Shown: in pieces, positions 50,954 through 60,330 of the stretch
Numbering within the stretch: position 1 is the stretch's first letter
How the letters are laid out: each line of letters opens with the position of its first letter
DNA from: Clostridiaceae bacterium
GTDB taxonomy: Bacteria > Bacillota > Clostridia > Saccharofermentanales > DTU023
Length of the DNA: 64,000 nt
Direction of reading: 5' to 3'
Assembly (NCBI GenBank): GCA_012838135.1
Contig: DUPV01000042.1
Coordinates: forward strand, 31,816-95,815
Notes under the pieces: model-generated
Database searches by the model: none
What the model saw: the letters and a program-made list of their open reading frames with translations, nothing else
Told to the model about the DNA's origin: nothing
Program-made: the position numbers and the translations under genes

Positions 50954-53374
50954 GTGAAAAAAATTATAAAAAAGATTAAAGACAAAATTATATTCCTATC
51001 TACCTCCCATCAAAAAAAGCTTTTTATTATTATTGGCGCTATACTAATCGGAACAATTATCTTGGGATCCGTGATTGCTTTCAAGAATCACAGTTTAAAT
51101 AATAAAATTGCATCGGAATCTAAAAAAACAAATGAATCTGAAACCCATAAAGAAACAACTAATTCGACAACGGCAAAAAGCGTAAAGACCGATCTTTATC
51201 GTGGTATGGTTAAGGAAGAACTGATTGTTGAAGCCGGTATTGAAGAACTGGATGTCAATAGCTTTCTAACTGAAGAAGCTCCTGATTTGACCATAGGATT
51301 TACAGGTCAGGTAGATCATGTAAATCTTTCCGTTCCCGGTGAATACGATTTGCAGATAATGATTGAAACAGAAGTATACAGTACAAAATTAATTGTTCAA
51401 GATACGATTAAACCGATTCTGGTTTTGAAAGATCTGGTTGTTCCGCTGGGAAGAATTCTTGAACCTGAGGATTTTGTTGAAAAAGCAGAAGATGCGACAG
51501 AATTAACTTTTAGGTTTTTGATTGAACCGGACCCGCAAAACGAAGATCCTCAAACAATCAAAATTCAATGTGAAGATCTGGGTAAAAATAAAGTAGAAGC
51601 TGAAGCAAATGTCAAGTTTGTTAGTTTGGCAGATCAAGTTGTTGTGGAAGCCGGAAGATCTGAACCGTTATCTTTAAGTGAATTTTTGCATGACAATACA
51701 GACGTAGAAACTCTTAAAGTGATATCGGATTTGAATTCATTCAGATTTAATCATGTCGGAAAGTTTGAAGTGCTTTTTGAAATAGATGGTGAAGAAATCA
51801 TTTCTTATCTTGTAGTGATGGATACAATTGCACCTCAAGGAACTGCTGTAGAAAAGGATACATTTGTTGGAGTTGCACCCAATGCGAATGCCTTTGTTAC
51901 TAATATTATTGATGCAACTGATGTGACAGTTACATATTTAGAAAAACCGGCGTTTAATAAGTCCGGACGTTTTCCTGTCAAAGTACGTTTAACGGATGAA
52001 GGTGGTAATACAACGGATATTTCTTCTTATGTAAATATACTTAAAGATGAAATTCCGCCGGTATTGCATGGAGTAGCTGATTTAACTTATATACCGGGTG
52101 AAAGTCGAGATTTGTTAGCTGGGGTATATGCAACTGATAATCTCGATCCAAATCCCAAAGTAACGATTGACAAATCAAGGTTAGATACTTCGAAAGAAGG
52201 AACCTACGTAGTTACATATAAGGCAACCGATGCTTCCGGCAATCAAACTACTAAAATTGCAAGAATTACAATAAAAATACGCAAACCTTATGAACCGCTA
52301 GGTTCAACCGGCTCAGGGAATTTGGATTCATTAGCAGATGGTGTTTTATCGCAAATAATCAATGGAGACATGGATGCATACACTAAAGCCTATAGAATTT
52401 ATAATTGGATAAACAACAATTTATCTTATAGAGCTCAACCAAATCGTACAGATTTGATTGGAGGTGCAATTACGGGACTGACTAGCAGAACCGGTGATTG
52501 CTATATTTTCCGCTTTACAAATCAGGCTTTGTTGACCCGAGCAGGTATTGGAACTTATGGTATGAATTCTGATAGCGGATCTCACTCTTGGACCATGGTT
52601 CAGTTAGGCAGAGACGTAGTTAGTGATCCTTTATGGGGTTACTTTGATGTTTCTTTAAGTGTTGTACAAGAACGTGCCGGAGACCTGGTTCACTGGGCTG
52701 ACGAACATAGTGAGATTAATAGAATAGAAAATGAAGAACAAGAAATTGATTATGTAGTTGAGGAAAAAAATGATGGTATATTACTGAAAGGTGAGCGGAA
52801 AGTCACACAAACCGGTAAAAAGGGTTTAAAACTATTTACCTATTCAGTTACCTATCGTGATGGTAAAGAAATAGCAAAGGAACTTGTAGATAGTAAAGTT
52901 ATCCAAAAACCTACGAATGAAATTGTATTGGTAGGTACCAGAGTAAATAAGCCTCCTGTAATTAAAATAACGAATCGTGAAATTACACTTATTCAAGGTG
53001 AGAATTATGATTTTGCTAAAAATGCATCCGCAACTGACCCTGAAGACGGAACATTGATAGTTACGGCAGACATATCTAAACTAAATATAAATAAAGTCGG
53101 ATCATATGTGGTTACATATTCAGCAAAAGATAATGATGGTGCAACTGCTACCGCAAATATAACGGTAATAGTTAAGGCTAAACCGGAACCGACTCAGACG
53201 ACAACTACACCGCTGGTAACTACGCCAACCACAACAGAATCGACATCAGAACCATCATTGGAACCTACATCGGAACCAACACCGGAACCTACACCGGAAC
53301 CAACACCGGAACCTACACCGGAACCTACATCGGAACCAACACCGGAACCTACACCGGAACCGGCGACATCATAG
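50954..53374 (+). CDS. Membrane-anchored surface protein: Ig-like repeats, transglutaminase-like domain, G5 domain, Pro/Thr tail
   Basis: N-terminal TM; DTIxP/DEIPP Ig repeats; GDC...HSW...D putative triad; TQTGKKG...VLVGT G5; (EPTP)n. Confidence 0.78.
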   Translation: MKKIIKKIKDKIIFLSTSHQKKLFIIIGAILIGTIILGSVIAFKNHSLNNKIASESKKTNESETHKETTNSTTAKSVKTDLYRGMVKEELIVEAGIEELDVNSFLTEEAPDLTIGFTGQVDHVNLSVPGEYDLQIMIETEVYSTKLIVQDTIKPILVLKDLVVPLGRILEPEDFVEKAEDATELTFRFLIEPDPQNEDPQTIKIQCEDLGKNKVEAEANVKFVSLADQVVVEAGRSEPLSLSEFLHDNTDVETLKVISDLNSFRFNHVGKFEVLFEIDGEEIISYLVVMDTIAPQGTAVEKDTFVGVAPNANAFVTNIIDATDVTVTYLEKPAFNKSGRFPVKVRLTDEGGNTTDISSYVNILKDEIPPVLHGVADLTYIPGESRDLLAGVYATDNLDPNPKVTIDKSRLDTSKEGTYVVTYKATDASGNQTTKIARITIKIRKPYEPLGSTGSGNLDSLADGVLSQIINGDMDAYTKAYRIYNWINNNLSYRAQPNRTDLIGGAITGLTSRTGDCYIFRFTNQALLTRAGIGTYGMNSDSGSHSWTMVQLGRDVVSDPLWGYFDVSLSVVQERAGDLVHWADEHSEINRIENEEQEIDYVVEEKNDGILLKGERKVTQTGKKGLKLFTYSVTYRDGKEIAKELVDSKVIQKPTNEIVLVGTRVNKPPVIKITNREITLIQGENYDFAKNASATDPEDGTLIVTADISKLNINKVGSYVVTYSAKDNDGATATANITVIVKAKPEPTQTTTTPLVTTPTTTESTSEPSLEPTSEPTPEPTPEPTPEPTPEPTSEPTPEPTPEPATS
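53245..53362 (+). repeat. 12-bp tandem repeat encoding EPT(P/S)
   Basis: About 9 units of (C/T)CGGAACC(T/A)ACA. Confidence 0.9.
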
Positions 53375-53419
53375 AATAAAATAATATTAATTTTTTTAGT
53401 AAGGTAGTAAAGTGCAAAA

Positions 53420-54151
53420 ATGATCAAACAAAAATACTTTTATAGATTAAGGATTATTATTTTGATAGTAATGTTGGCAGCACTAACTCTTGTTGGTTGC
53501 GGCAATTCAGAAAATGCAAGCAAAGATTCGCAAGAAGTAGAAAATAACACAAAATCTGCAACAAAAAATCAAGCTGAATCAGATTACGTATCAGAATCTG
53601 AAAATAATTCAATGGAAGACTCTGCTGATACCAACAATGTTGAAACAGAATCGGAAACGGTAGAAGAAGTAGTTAGTCAACCTTCATTAATTACTAAAAT
53701 TATTAATGAAGATGGTCAAGATGAACAAGATTCTATTGATTCTCAAGAAGATAAATTTATCTTCGAATATAATGATGTTGCTTTTAAAGCAGGTGATGAG
53801 GCGGCTCCGGTCATTGAACAATTGGGTCAAGCTGATTCACAATATGAGGCTCCATCATGTGTATTTGTCGGTAATGATGTTGTCTATGTATACGATGGAT
53901 TTGAAGTGAATACCGCTAAACTTGATGAAAAAGAAGTTATAGTCGGGATATTTATTACGGATGACACCATTGCTACTCCCGATGGAATAAAGATTGGCTC
54001 AAATGCAGATGAGGTCATTGCAGTTTATGGCGAGCCTGATCAAGACGAGGTTGGGCAAATGACCTGGATAAGTGACAAGGTGCATTTAGTTATTATTGCA
54101 ATGAACGATGAAGTGACAAATATTTCGTATATAGGGCAGTTTGGCCAATAG
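53420..54151 (+). CDS. Acidic lipoprotein of unknown function
   Basis: Lipobox LVGC; YEAPSCVF and TPDGIKIGS...YG motifs. Confidence 0.75.
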   Translation: MIKQKYFYRLRIIILIVMLAALTLVGCGNSENASKDSQEVENNTKSATKNQAESDYVSESENNSMEDSADTNNVETESETVEEVVSQPSLITKIINEDGQDEQDSIDSQEDKFIFEYNDVAFKAGDEAAPVIEQLGQADSQYEAPSCVFVGNDVVYVYDGFEVNTAKLDEKEVIVGIFITDDTIATPDGIKIGSNADEVIAVYGEPDQDEVGQMTWISDKVHLVIIAMNDEVTNISYIGQFGQ

Positions 54152-54223
54152 TAAATGATAAGTTTCAGAGAAACGATTATTTATGATGATAAATCTTCTT
54201 TGAATTAGAAAACAATTGAAGTA

Positions 54224-55591
54224 ATGGTTTTTAGCAGTGTCAGTTTTTTATTTCTTTTTCTTCCTGTTACGCTTCTTCTAGTTGTTGTCACACGCGGTCG
54301 AATCAGAAATTATATCTTGCTTGTCATGAGTTTAATCTTTTATGCATGGGGTGAACCGATTTATGTTTTCCTCATGATTTTTAGTGCTTTCGTGAATTAC
54401 TGTTTAGCTTATCTATTAATAGGCAAGCATAAAAAGCTTGGCTTGGTAATCATGATCATTTTTAATCTGTTATTGTTAGGATATTTCAAATATACAGGTT
54501 TTGTTATAAAAATTATTAATGATCTCACAGGATTGAAAATCATTGCACCAAAGGTTTTGCTGCCTATCGGAATCAGTTTTTACACTTTTCAAACGATGAG
54601 TTATATGTTTGATGTATATCGCAAAGAAACTGAATTACAAAAAAACTTTGCCGATTTACTCTTATATATCACATTTTTTCCGCAATTAATTGCAGGACCG
54701 ATAGTTAGATATCATGATATTGCCCTTCAAATTCATGAACGGATCGTCACAAAAAATCATGTAGTTTCGGGATTTCAAAGATTTATTATCGGTCTTGGCA
54801 AAAAAGTTTTAATTGCCAATCAAATGGCAATGGTGGTGGATTATCTTTATCAGAACAATGCTTGGTCTTTTGCAACATCTTGGTTAGCAGCCATAACATA
54901 TCTGTTGCAAATCTATTTTGATTTTTCCGGATATTCGGATATGGCGATCGGCTTAGGGCGGATCTTCGGTTTTGAATTTAAAGAAAACTTTGAATATCCG
55001 TTGACTTCAAACAGTATTCAAGATTTTTGGCGTCGTTGGCATATCAGCTTATCTACATGGTTTAAAGAGTATCTTTATATACCTCTGGGTGGTAGCCGAA
55101 GAAGTACGGGAAGAGTAATATTTAATTACTTTTTTGTGTTCTTTTGTACCGGATTGTGGCATGGTGCGAGTTGGAATTTTGTAATTTGGGGCTTGTGGCA
55201 ATGGTTTTTCATAATGCTTGAACGTTATCTGCTAAATACAAAAAAATGGCCGAACATCTTACAGCATATATATACCATAGTGATTGTAATGGTTGGCTTT
55301 GTGTTTTTCAGAGCAGAAACTTTGGCTGAAGCGGTAAAACTGATCGGCATTATGTTTAATCCTTTGGCCATTACCTTGCCTGAAGCTTCTATTGCAATAT
55401 CAATTTTATTGAATCCCTGGTTTATTTTGATTTTGTGTGCGGGAATTGTCGGTTTTACTCAAATCCCATCCCGAATAGCAAAAAAAGTATCGCCCTATAT
55501 TCAAGCACCGGCACTATTAGCTATATGGGTTATGTGCTTGTTAACATTATCGGCTTCGGGTTACAATCCGTTTATTTATTTTAGATTTTAA
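54224..55591 (+). CDS. MBOAT O-acyltransferase (AlgI/PatA type)
   Basis: LPIGISFYTFQ, FFPQLIAGPI, FSGYSDMAIG, FWRRWHISLS, GLWHG, C-terminal NPFIYFRF. Confidence 0.94.
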   Translation: MVFSSVSFLFLFLPVTLLLVVVTRGRIRNYILLVMSLIFYAWGEPIYVFLMIFSAFVNYCLAYLLIGKHKKLGLVIMIIFNLLLLGYFKYTGFVIKIINDLTGLKIIAPKVLLPIGISFYTFQTMSYMFDVYRKETELQKNFADLLLYITFFPQLIAGPIVRYHDIALQIHERIVTKNHVVSGFQRFIIGLGKKVLIANQMAMVVDYLYQNNAWSFATSWLAAITYLLQIYFDFSGYSDMAIGLGRIFGFEFKENFEYPLTSNSIQDFWRRWHISLSTWFKEYLYIPLGGSRRSTGRVIFNYFFVFFCTGLWHGASWNFVIWGLWQWFFIMLERYLLNTKKWPNILQHIYTIVIVMVGFVFFRAETLAEAVKLIGIMFNPLAITLPEASIAISILLNPWFILILCAGIVGFTQIPSRIAKKVSPYIQAPALLAIWVMCLLTLSASGYNPFIYFRF

Positions 55592-55610
55592 TAATTGAAA
55601 CATAAGATTT

Positions 55611-57032
55611 ATGCAAGAAAAAACTACAAAAAACAGACAAAACGGAGAATTATTCAAAAACATTCTAATTATTGTAATTATAATTTCAATGTTTATTCCG
55701 GCAATTTCTTTTGTTTTTGGTTTAGACAGCCCGAATTATTCGAAAGAACCGCTTAGACCTTTTCCTGAAAAAAAGCTTGATAGTGAAACGGGGGCACAAT
55801 TTGATGATTGGTGGAACGATCATTTCCCATTTCGCTCTATCATGGTAACAGCATATAACAGTTTATTAGATCATGTTTTTCAAACCAGCGGTAATCAGCG
55901 GGTTGTCGTCGGAAAATCAGGCATGTATTATTTTGAACCTACACTGCGCCAATATCTCAATGCACCTGACTTAAGTGATTACGATATAGCGAGAATAGCT
56001 GAAAGCCTGAAGTTGCAGGAAGAATATCTTTTGTTGCAGGGAATCAAATTAGGTGTTTTTATTATCCCGAATAAAGCAACAATTTATCCGGAATTCATGC
56101 CTGACAGATATAAACCGTTAGATAATATATCAGATTTAGATCGCTTACAAAAAATGTATCCTTCAATGGTCGATATGAAACAAATTTTGCTTGATGCAAA
56201 AAAAAATGAAGATCTGCCAATTTATCATCTAGAAGATTCACATTGGACCAAATTAGGAGCCTATTATGGATACAATGCTTTAATGGATTATTTTTCTTTA
56301 GAGGAGCAAAGAATTAAATATCAAAAACCGTTGCTAACGGACGGTTGGCAGGGAGATCTGAGCAATATGTTATATCCTGCAATTCAAGTTAATGATAATC
56401 AGGTGATTTTTGAAGATTATGAACAAAAATTCGTATATACCAGACCATTGCGAACCTATGAAGATATAGAAATTGAATCGCGTTCCGAGCAACAAAAAAG
56501 TCTGCTGATGTTTCGGGATAGTTTTGCGAATGCCTGGATCGATCTTGTGTCTAACAGTTTTGGAGTAGCTCATTATTCACGTTCTTTGCCATTTCGATAT
56601 GATTTGGTTGAGTCGGTAAAACCGGATTTTGTTGCAATTGAACTTGTTGAGAGAAATATGGATTATCTTTTACAAACAAGCCCGGATATTTTGGCTAAAA
56701 AATTGGCTGATTCAGAAGTTGCCGAATTTTCAAAAGCGACATCGACAGATAAGCTTCAGATAAACATGGAAACAACCATCACCAGTAATTTAGTATTTTT
56801 CAATGCTCAATATATCGATCAAAATCTTGGGGAAAAAATAACATCCGTAAGAATAAAATTTGATTCGGGGATATACAAAGCATTGCCGGTTTATCAAGAT
56901 GATGATTTAACTGATAAATCATGGAAATACGGATTTTCTCTTTATTTAGAAGATACTGAAAATCTGCCGAAAACAATATTTTATATGATTGATGATGTGT
57001 GGTATCAAGCAGATCTTGATTTAATTTACTAA
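55611..57032 (+). CDS. AlgJ/AlgX-like (DHHW/SGNH) O-acetyltransferase
   Basis: N-terminal TM, DHFPFR, PNKATIYPE, DSHW, RDSFAN, VERN. Confidence 0.82.
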   Translation: MQEKTTKNRQNGELFKNILIIVIIISMFIPAISFVFGLDSPNYSKEPLRPFPEKKLDSETGAQFDDWWNDHFPFRSIMVTAYNSLLDHVFQTSGNQRVVVGKSGMYYFEPTLRQYLNAPDLSDYDIARIAESLKLQEEYLLLQGIKLGVFIIPNKATIYPEFMPDRYKPLDNISDLDRLQKMYPSMVDMKQILLDAKKNEDLPIYHLEDSHWTKLGAYYGYNALMDYFSLEEQRIKYQKPLLTDGWQGDLSNMLYPAIQVNDNQVIFEDYEQKFVYTRPLRTYEDIEIESRSEQQKSLLMFRDSFANAWIDLVSNSFGVAHYSRSLPFRYDLVESVKPDFVAIELVERNMDYLLQTSPDILAKKLADSEVAEFSKATSTDKLQINMETTITSNLVFFNAQYIDQNLGEKITSVRIKFDSGIYKALPVYQDDDLTDKSWKYGFSLYLEDTENLPKTIFYMIDDVWYQADLDLIY

Positions 57033-57085
57033 AAGTTTACTAAAATAGTTTGTTTTGCACTTGTCGGATATCAATTCTAAAGCAG

Positions 57086-57123
57086 ATGATGAAAAACTAC
57101 TGTTAACAGCAATTTTTCATCAT
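57086..57123. terminator. Hairpin between convergent genes (bidirectional terminator)
   Basis: ATGATGAAAAA...TTTTTCATCAT. Confidence 0.55.
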
Positions 57124-57133
57124 GGTTCTGAAT

Positions 57134-58126
57134 TTACGGCAATAACAATTCACAGAATTCCTGATTAGTTAATCCGGAGAAGTAGTCAGAAACAGGATGG
57201 GTTAGAGATTCAATTTTGGTTTTAATTGCTGATTCTTCCAGAGTTAAGCCTTTCAATTCTTCTGCTAATTCGGCAACATCACGAATACCGAAGAAGTCGC
57301 CATAAAATGTAACTTGCTTGAGGATTGAATTTGAAGTTTCCAATAGCACCTCAATATTGCCGAAAGAATATTTAAGATCTTTACGCAAATCATAAGCCGG
57401 AGCTTTGCCGTAATTCCAATCCCAACTTGCTTTTTTGATTGCAAGTTTCCGGATTGCTTCCTGATCAGCTTCGCTTAAAATATAAGGTTCGAGGTCAGGA
57501 CGGGTAGTCTTCATTTCATCAAATAAAGCCTGTTTGAAATCATCAACGGTCATTTCCTGAGTCAGATGTTGTTTGATATTAGTGACACGACTGCGCACGG
57601 ATTTGATTCCCTTGGATACGATTTTGTTTTCTTTTACATTTAAAGCATTGCTTAAAACTGAAACATCTACATCAAACATCAGGCAGCCGTGGTGGAGAAT
57701 TCGGTCTTTGGAATAGGCTTGAGCATTGCCACAGAACTTTTGTCCGTCTATTTCTATATCGTTGCGACCGCTGAATGTAGCTGAAATTCCCAGTTTTGCC
57801 AGAGTGCGAATAACCGGTTGGGAAAAGGCTTTGAAGTCAAAAGCATTTTCGTTTTGGCGCGGAGCGATCAAAGTATAATTCAAATTGTTTAAGTCATGAT
57901 ATACTGCACCGCCGCCGGATATGCGACGAATGACTCGGATATTATTCTCTTTGACAAAATCACTGTTGATTTCAGCCAAAGCATTTTGATTTTTACCGAT
58001 GATAATTGAGGGTTCATTAATCCAAAGCATAAAAATCTCATCAACATCGGTTAAATTATTGAAAGCATAATCTTCTAAAGCAACGTTGTAGGCGGTATCG
58101 TTTGTTTCGCTAATAAAATATTTCAT
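57134..58126 (-). CDS. lplA: Lipoate-protein ligase
   Basis: NVALED, IGKNQN, RRISGGGAVYHD, GRND, KFCGNAQ, KGIKSVRSRV, WDWNYG; start reassigned to ATG 58126. Confidence 0.94.
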   Translation of the reverse strand: MKYFISETNDTAYNVALEDYAFNNLTDVDEIFMLWINEPSIIIGKNQNALAEINSDFVKENNIRVIRRISGGGAVYHDLNNLNYTLIAPRQNENAFDFKAFSQPVIRTLAKLGISATFSGRNDIEIDGQKFCGNAQAYSKDRILHHGCLMFDVDVSVLSNALNVKENKIVSKGIKSVRSRVTNIKQHLTQEMTVDDFKQALFDEMKTTRPDLEPYILSEADQEAIRKLAIKKASWDWNYGKAPAYDLRKDLKYSFGNIEVLLETSNSILKQVTFYGDFFGIRDVAELAEELKGLTLEESAIKTKIESLTHPVSDYFSGLTNQEFCELLLP

Positions 58127-58300
58127 ATAAAATCCAATCCAATCTAAATTAGTCGATGGTTGAAACAATTAAAAAATCGACCATACCAAGTATTGATTAT
58201 TCTGAATTGAAAAGCAAATAAAAATTCTTATGTCGAGGTTTTTCATTGAAAATGATATTCCGGGTTAAACACAATTCTAAAATTAATCTGTAGATTCATT

Positions 58301-59671
58301 TTAGAAAACCGGTACCGACTCATATTCCTTAAATTCAAGCCCTTCGATTGAATTATTGCTCATGATATTAGAAGTCCGTTCCGCTGAACCTTGAATTAAA
58401 GAAATGTCATAAATCCCATAAGCCTCAGGGTTATCTAAAGCTCTTTTAACCGGAATAACTTGACTCTGTGTTGCATTCTCAGCAATTTTGATCATATGAC
58501 AATAGGTAGCCATATAACCGCATTCACTGATACTGATTGAGCCTTCCTTATCCCGATCAAAAGTCACAATGCCCATTAAGCCGTCTTGGCAATGACCCAT
58601 CATGTCTGCAGTATAGTAAGATTGATCGGAAACAGAATTGCCGAGAGAATAATAAACTAACATATTGTGCTTGCCGTCTTCGGATTTGATGGTTTTAATC
58701 GGTTCAACAACATGGGGGTGCATCCCGAAAACCATATCAACTCCAGCATCGGCTAAAGCCTGAGCATAGAGTCCTTGATACCAATCTTCCTGTAAACTAT
58801 ATTCAGTTCCCCAATGCATGATGAAAATTACTACTTCATTTCCGGCTTCTCGCATAGTGCGGGCACGTTGCTGAAGTTTTGCCATATCATCGTACATATA
58901 GGCTTCTTCCAAACTGAATGTATCAATCAGATGTTCGACTTCTGCCGGAACCGGGATACCGTTTAAACTGACCATTCCGTCAATTTTCGGTGTAGTGTAG
59001 GTGGCTGTACTGATTGCAACTTTTATTCCATTTAACTCTGTAGAAAAATATGGCGGATCACCCTCTTTACGTGTTCCCAGATTTTCCAGGCCGGCACTGC
59101 GCAATGATTCGATTGTGGCGTACATTCCTTCCACACCGCGATCGACACTGTGATTACTGGCAGTAGTAGCCAGATCAAAGCCTTTTTCCGCCATGGAATT
59201 AGCCAATTCAGACGGTGCGGAAAAGATAGGATATCCGGTATAGGGAGGTCCGGCTAAGGTACCCTCCATATTAAACATTGCAAAATCAAGATTATTAACA
59301 TCCGGCTCCAGATATTCGTAAATATAAGGATAATCATAGGTGCCGTCCTCTTGTAAACCGCCTAAAATCAGCCAATCATGAAATAAAACATCGCCAATCA
59401 TACCGATGGTAAAAGAAGCTGATAAATCCTGATTTGCCTTTTCTGCTAAAATCTCAAGTGATATTGTATCTCGTTTAAAATCTACAGAAGAATCATTTGA
59501 TTGGTTTTGCGAAGCAGGTTGTCCATTCAGTTCTGTATTTGATTGAAGGGCATCTTTGGATTCCGAATTCTTTGGGTTACAGCCCGGCAAAACAAAGATT
59601 AAGCAAAGTGTGATAATTAAAATAATTTTTTTCTTTAATAATTTATGTTTAGTAAATTTCTCAATGGTCAT
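58301..59671 (-). CDS. CapA (PGA_cap) family metallophosphoesterase lipoprotein
   Basis: Lipobox LPGC; GDV, NMEG, SNHSVD, HWG, HPHV, YSLGN; start uncertain. Confidence 0.88.
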   Translation of the reverse strand: MTIEKFTKHKLLKKKIILIITLCLIFVLPGCNPKNSESKDALQSNTELNGQPASQNQSNDSSVDFKRDTISLEILAEKANQDLSASFTIGMIGDVLFHDWLILGGLQEDGTYDYPYIYEYLEPDVNNLDFAMFNMEGTLAGPPYTGYPIFSAPSELANSMAEKGFDLATTASNHSVDRGVEGMYATIESLRSAGLENLGTRKEGDPPYFSTELNGIKVAISTATYTTPKIDGMVSLNGIPVPAEVEHLIDTFSLEEAYMYDDMAKLQQRARTMREAGNEVVIFIMHWGTEYSLQEDWYQGLYAQALADAGVDMVFGMHPHVVEPIKTIKSEDGKHNMLVYYSLGNSVSDQSYYTADMMGHCQDGLMGIVTFDRDKEGSISISECGYMATYCHMIKIAENATQSQVIPVKRALDNPEAYGIYDISLIQGSAERTSNIMSNNSIEGLEFKEYESVPVF

Positions 59672-60330
59672 ATTATTGTTCACTTTCGATATGTTAATAA
59701 CGTTATAATTATTTAAAAGTATTTTTATATATTTTACTATATTTAACATAATAATATATATGTCATTATATTATATTTTCAAAAGTAATTGATTTTCAAA
59801 CTTCAGCATTAAAATATTACATGTGCTTTCATTTGATGGCCACACAATTTTATTGCAAAAAGTGAGAAAACCGCATTGTTCAATTAGATTTCAACACCAG
59901 TTCTTTGTAACTGGTTTTAATCGCTGTTTGAAGGTATTGCTCGATAAGGCCGGGTAAAATGATTAATCGGCTGTCTTTTAGTAACGACATAATGACGACA
60001 TTTAGCATTGATAAATGTTTGTAAATTTATCTGAAAATAAGCACTTTTACAGTTTATAGATTTGTAATATAATACAAATGTACTTAAACATATTTGAAAA
60101 TTCTTTAATTAAAGTATTTTAAAAAACAAAGCAACAAACCGACATATTGAAAAACATATTAAAAAACAGAGTTCTGAAAATACCGAGTGGAAAATTTCAG
60201 TTAACACTCATGGGCAAACGGAATTTGGAATTTATTATCTTAATATTAAACAGGGCATTAATTACAGCAATCAGAAGCGGAAAAAACGATCTTTTCCTGC
60301 TCCTGATAAAATAAAAATAGGAGTAATGCA

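Noticed and set aside
60211-60260. GGGCAAAC as a c-di-GMP-I riboswitch
   Set aside because: Lacks the GNRA hairpin and the downstream GACGCAAA element.
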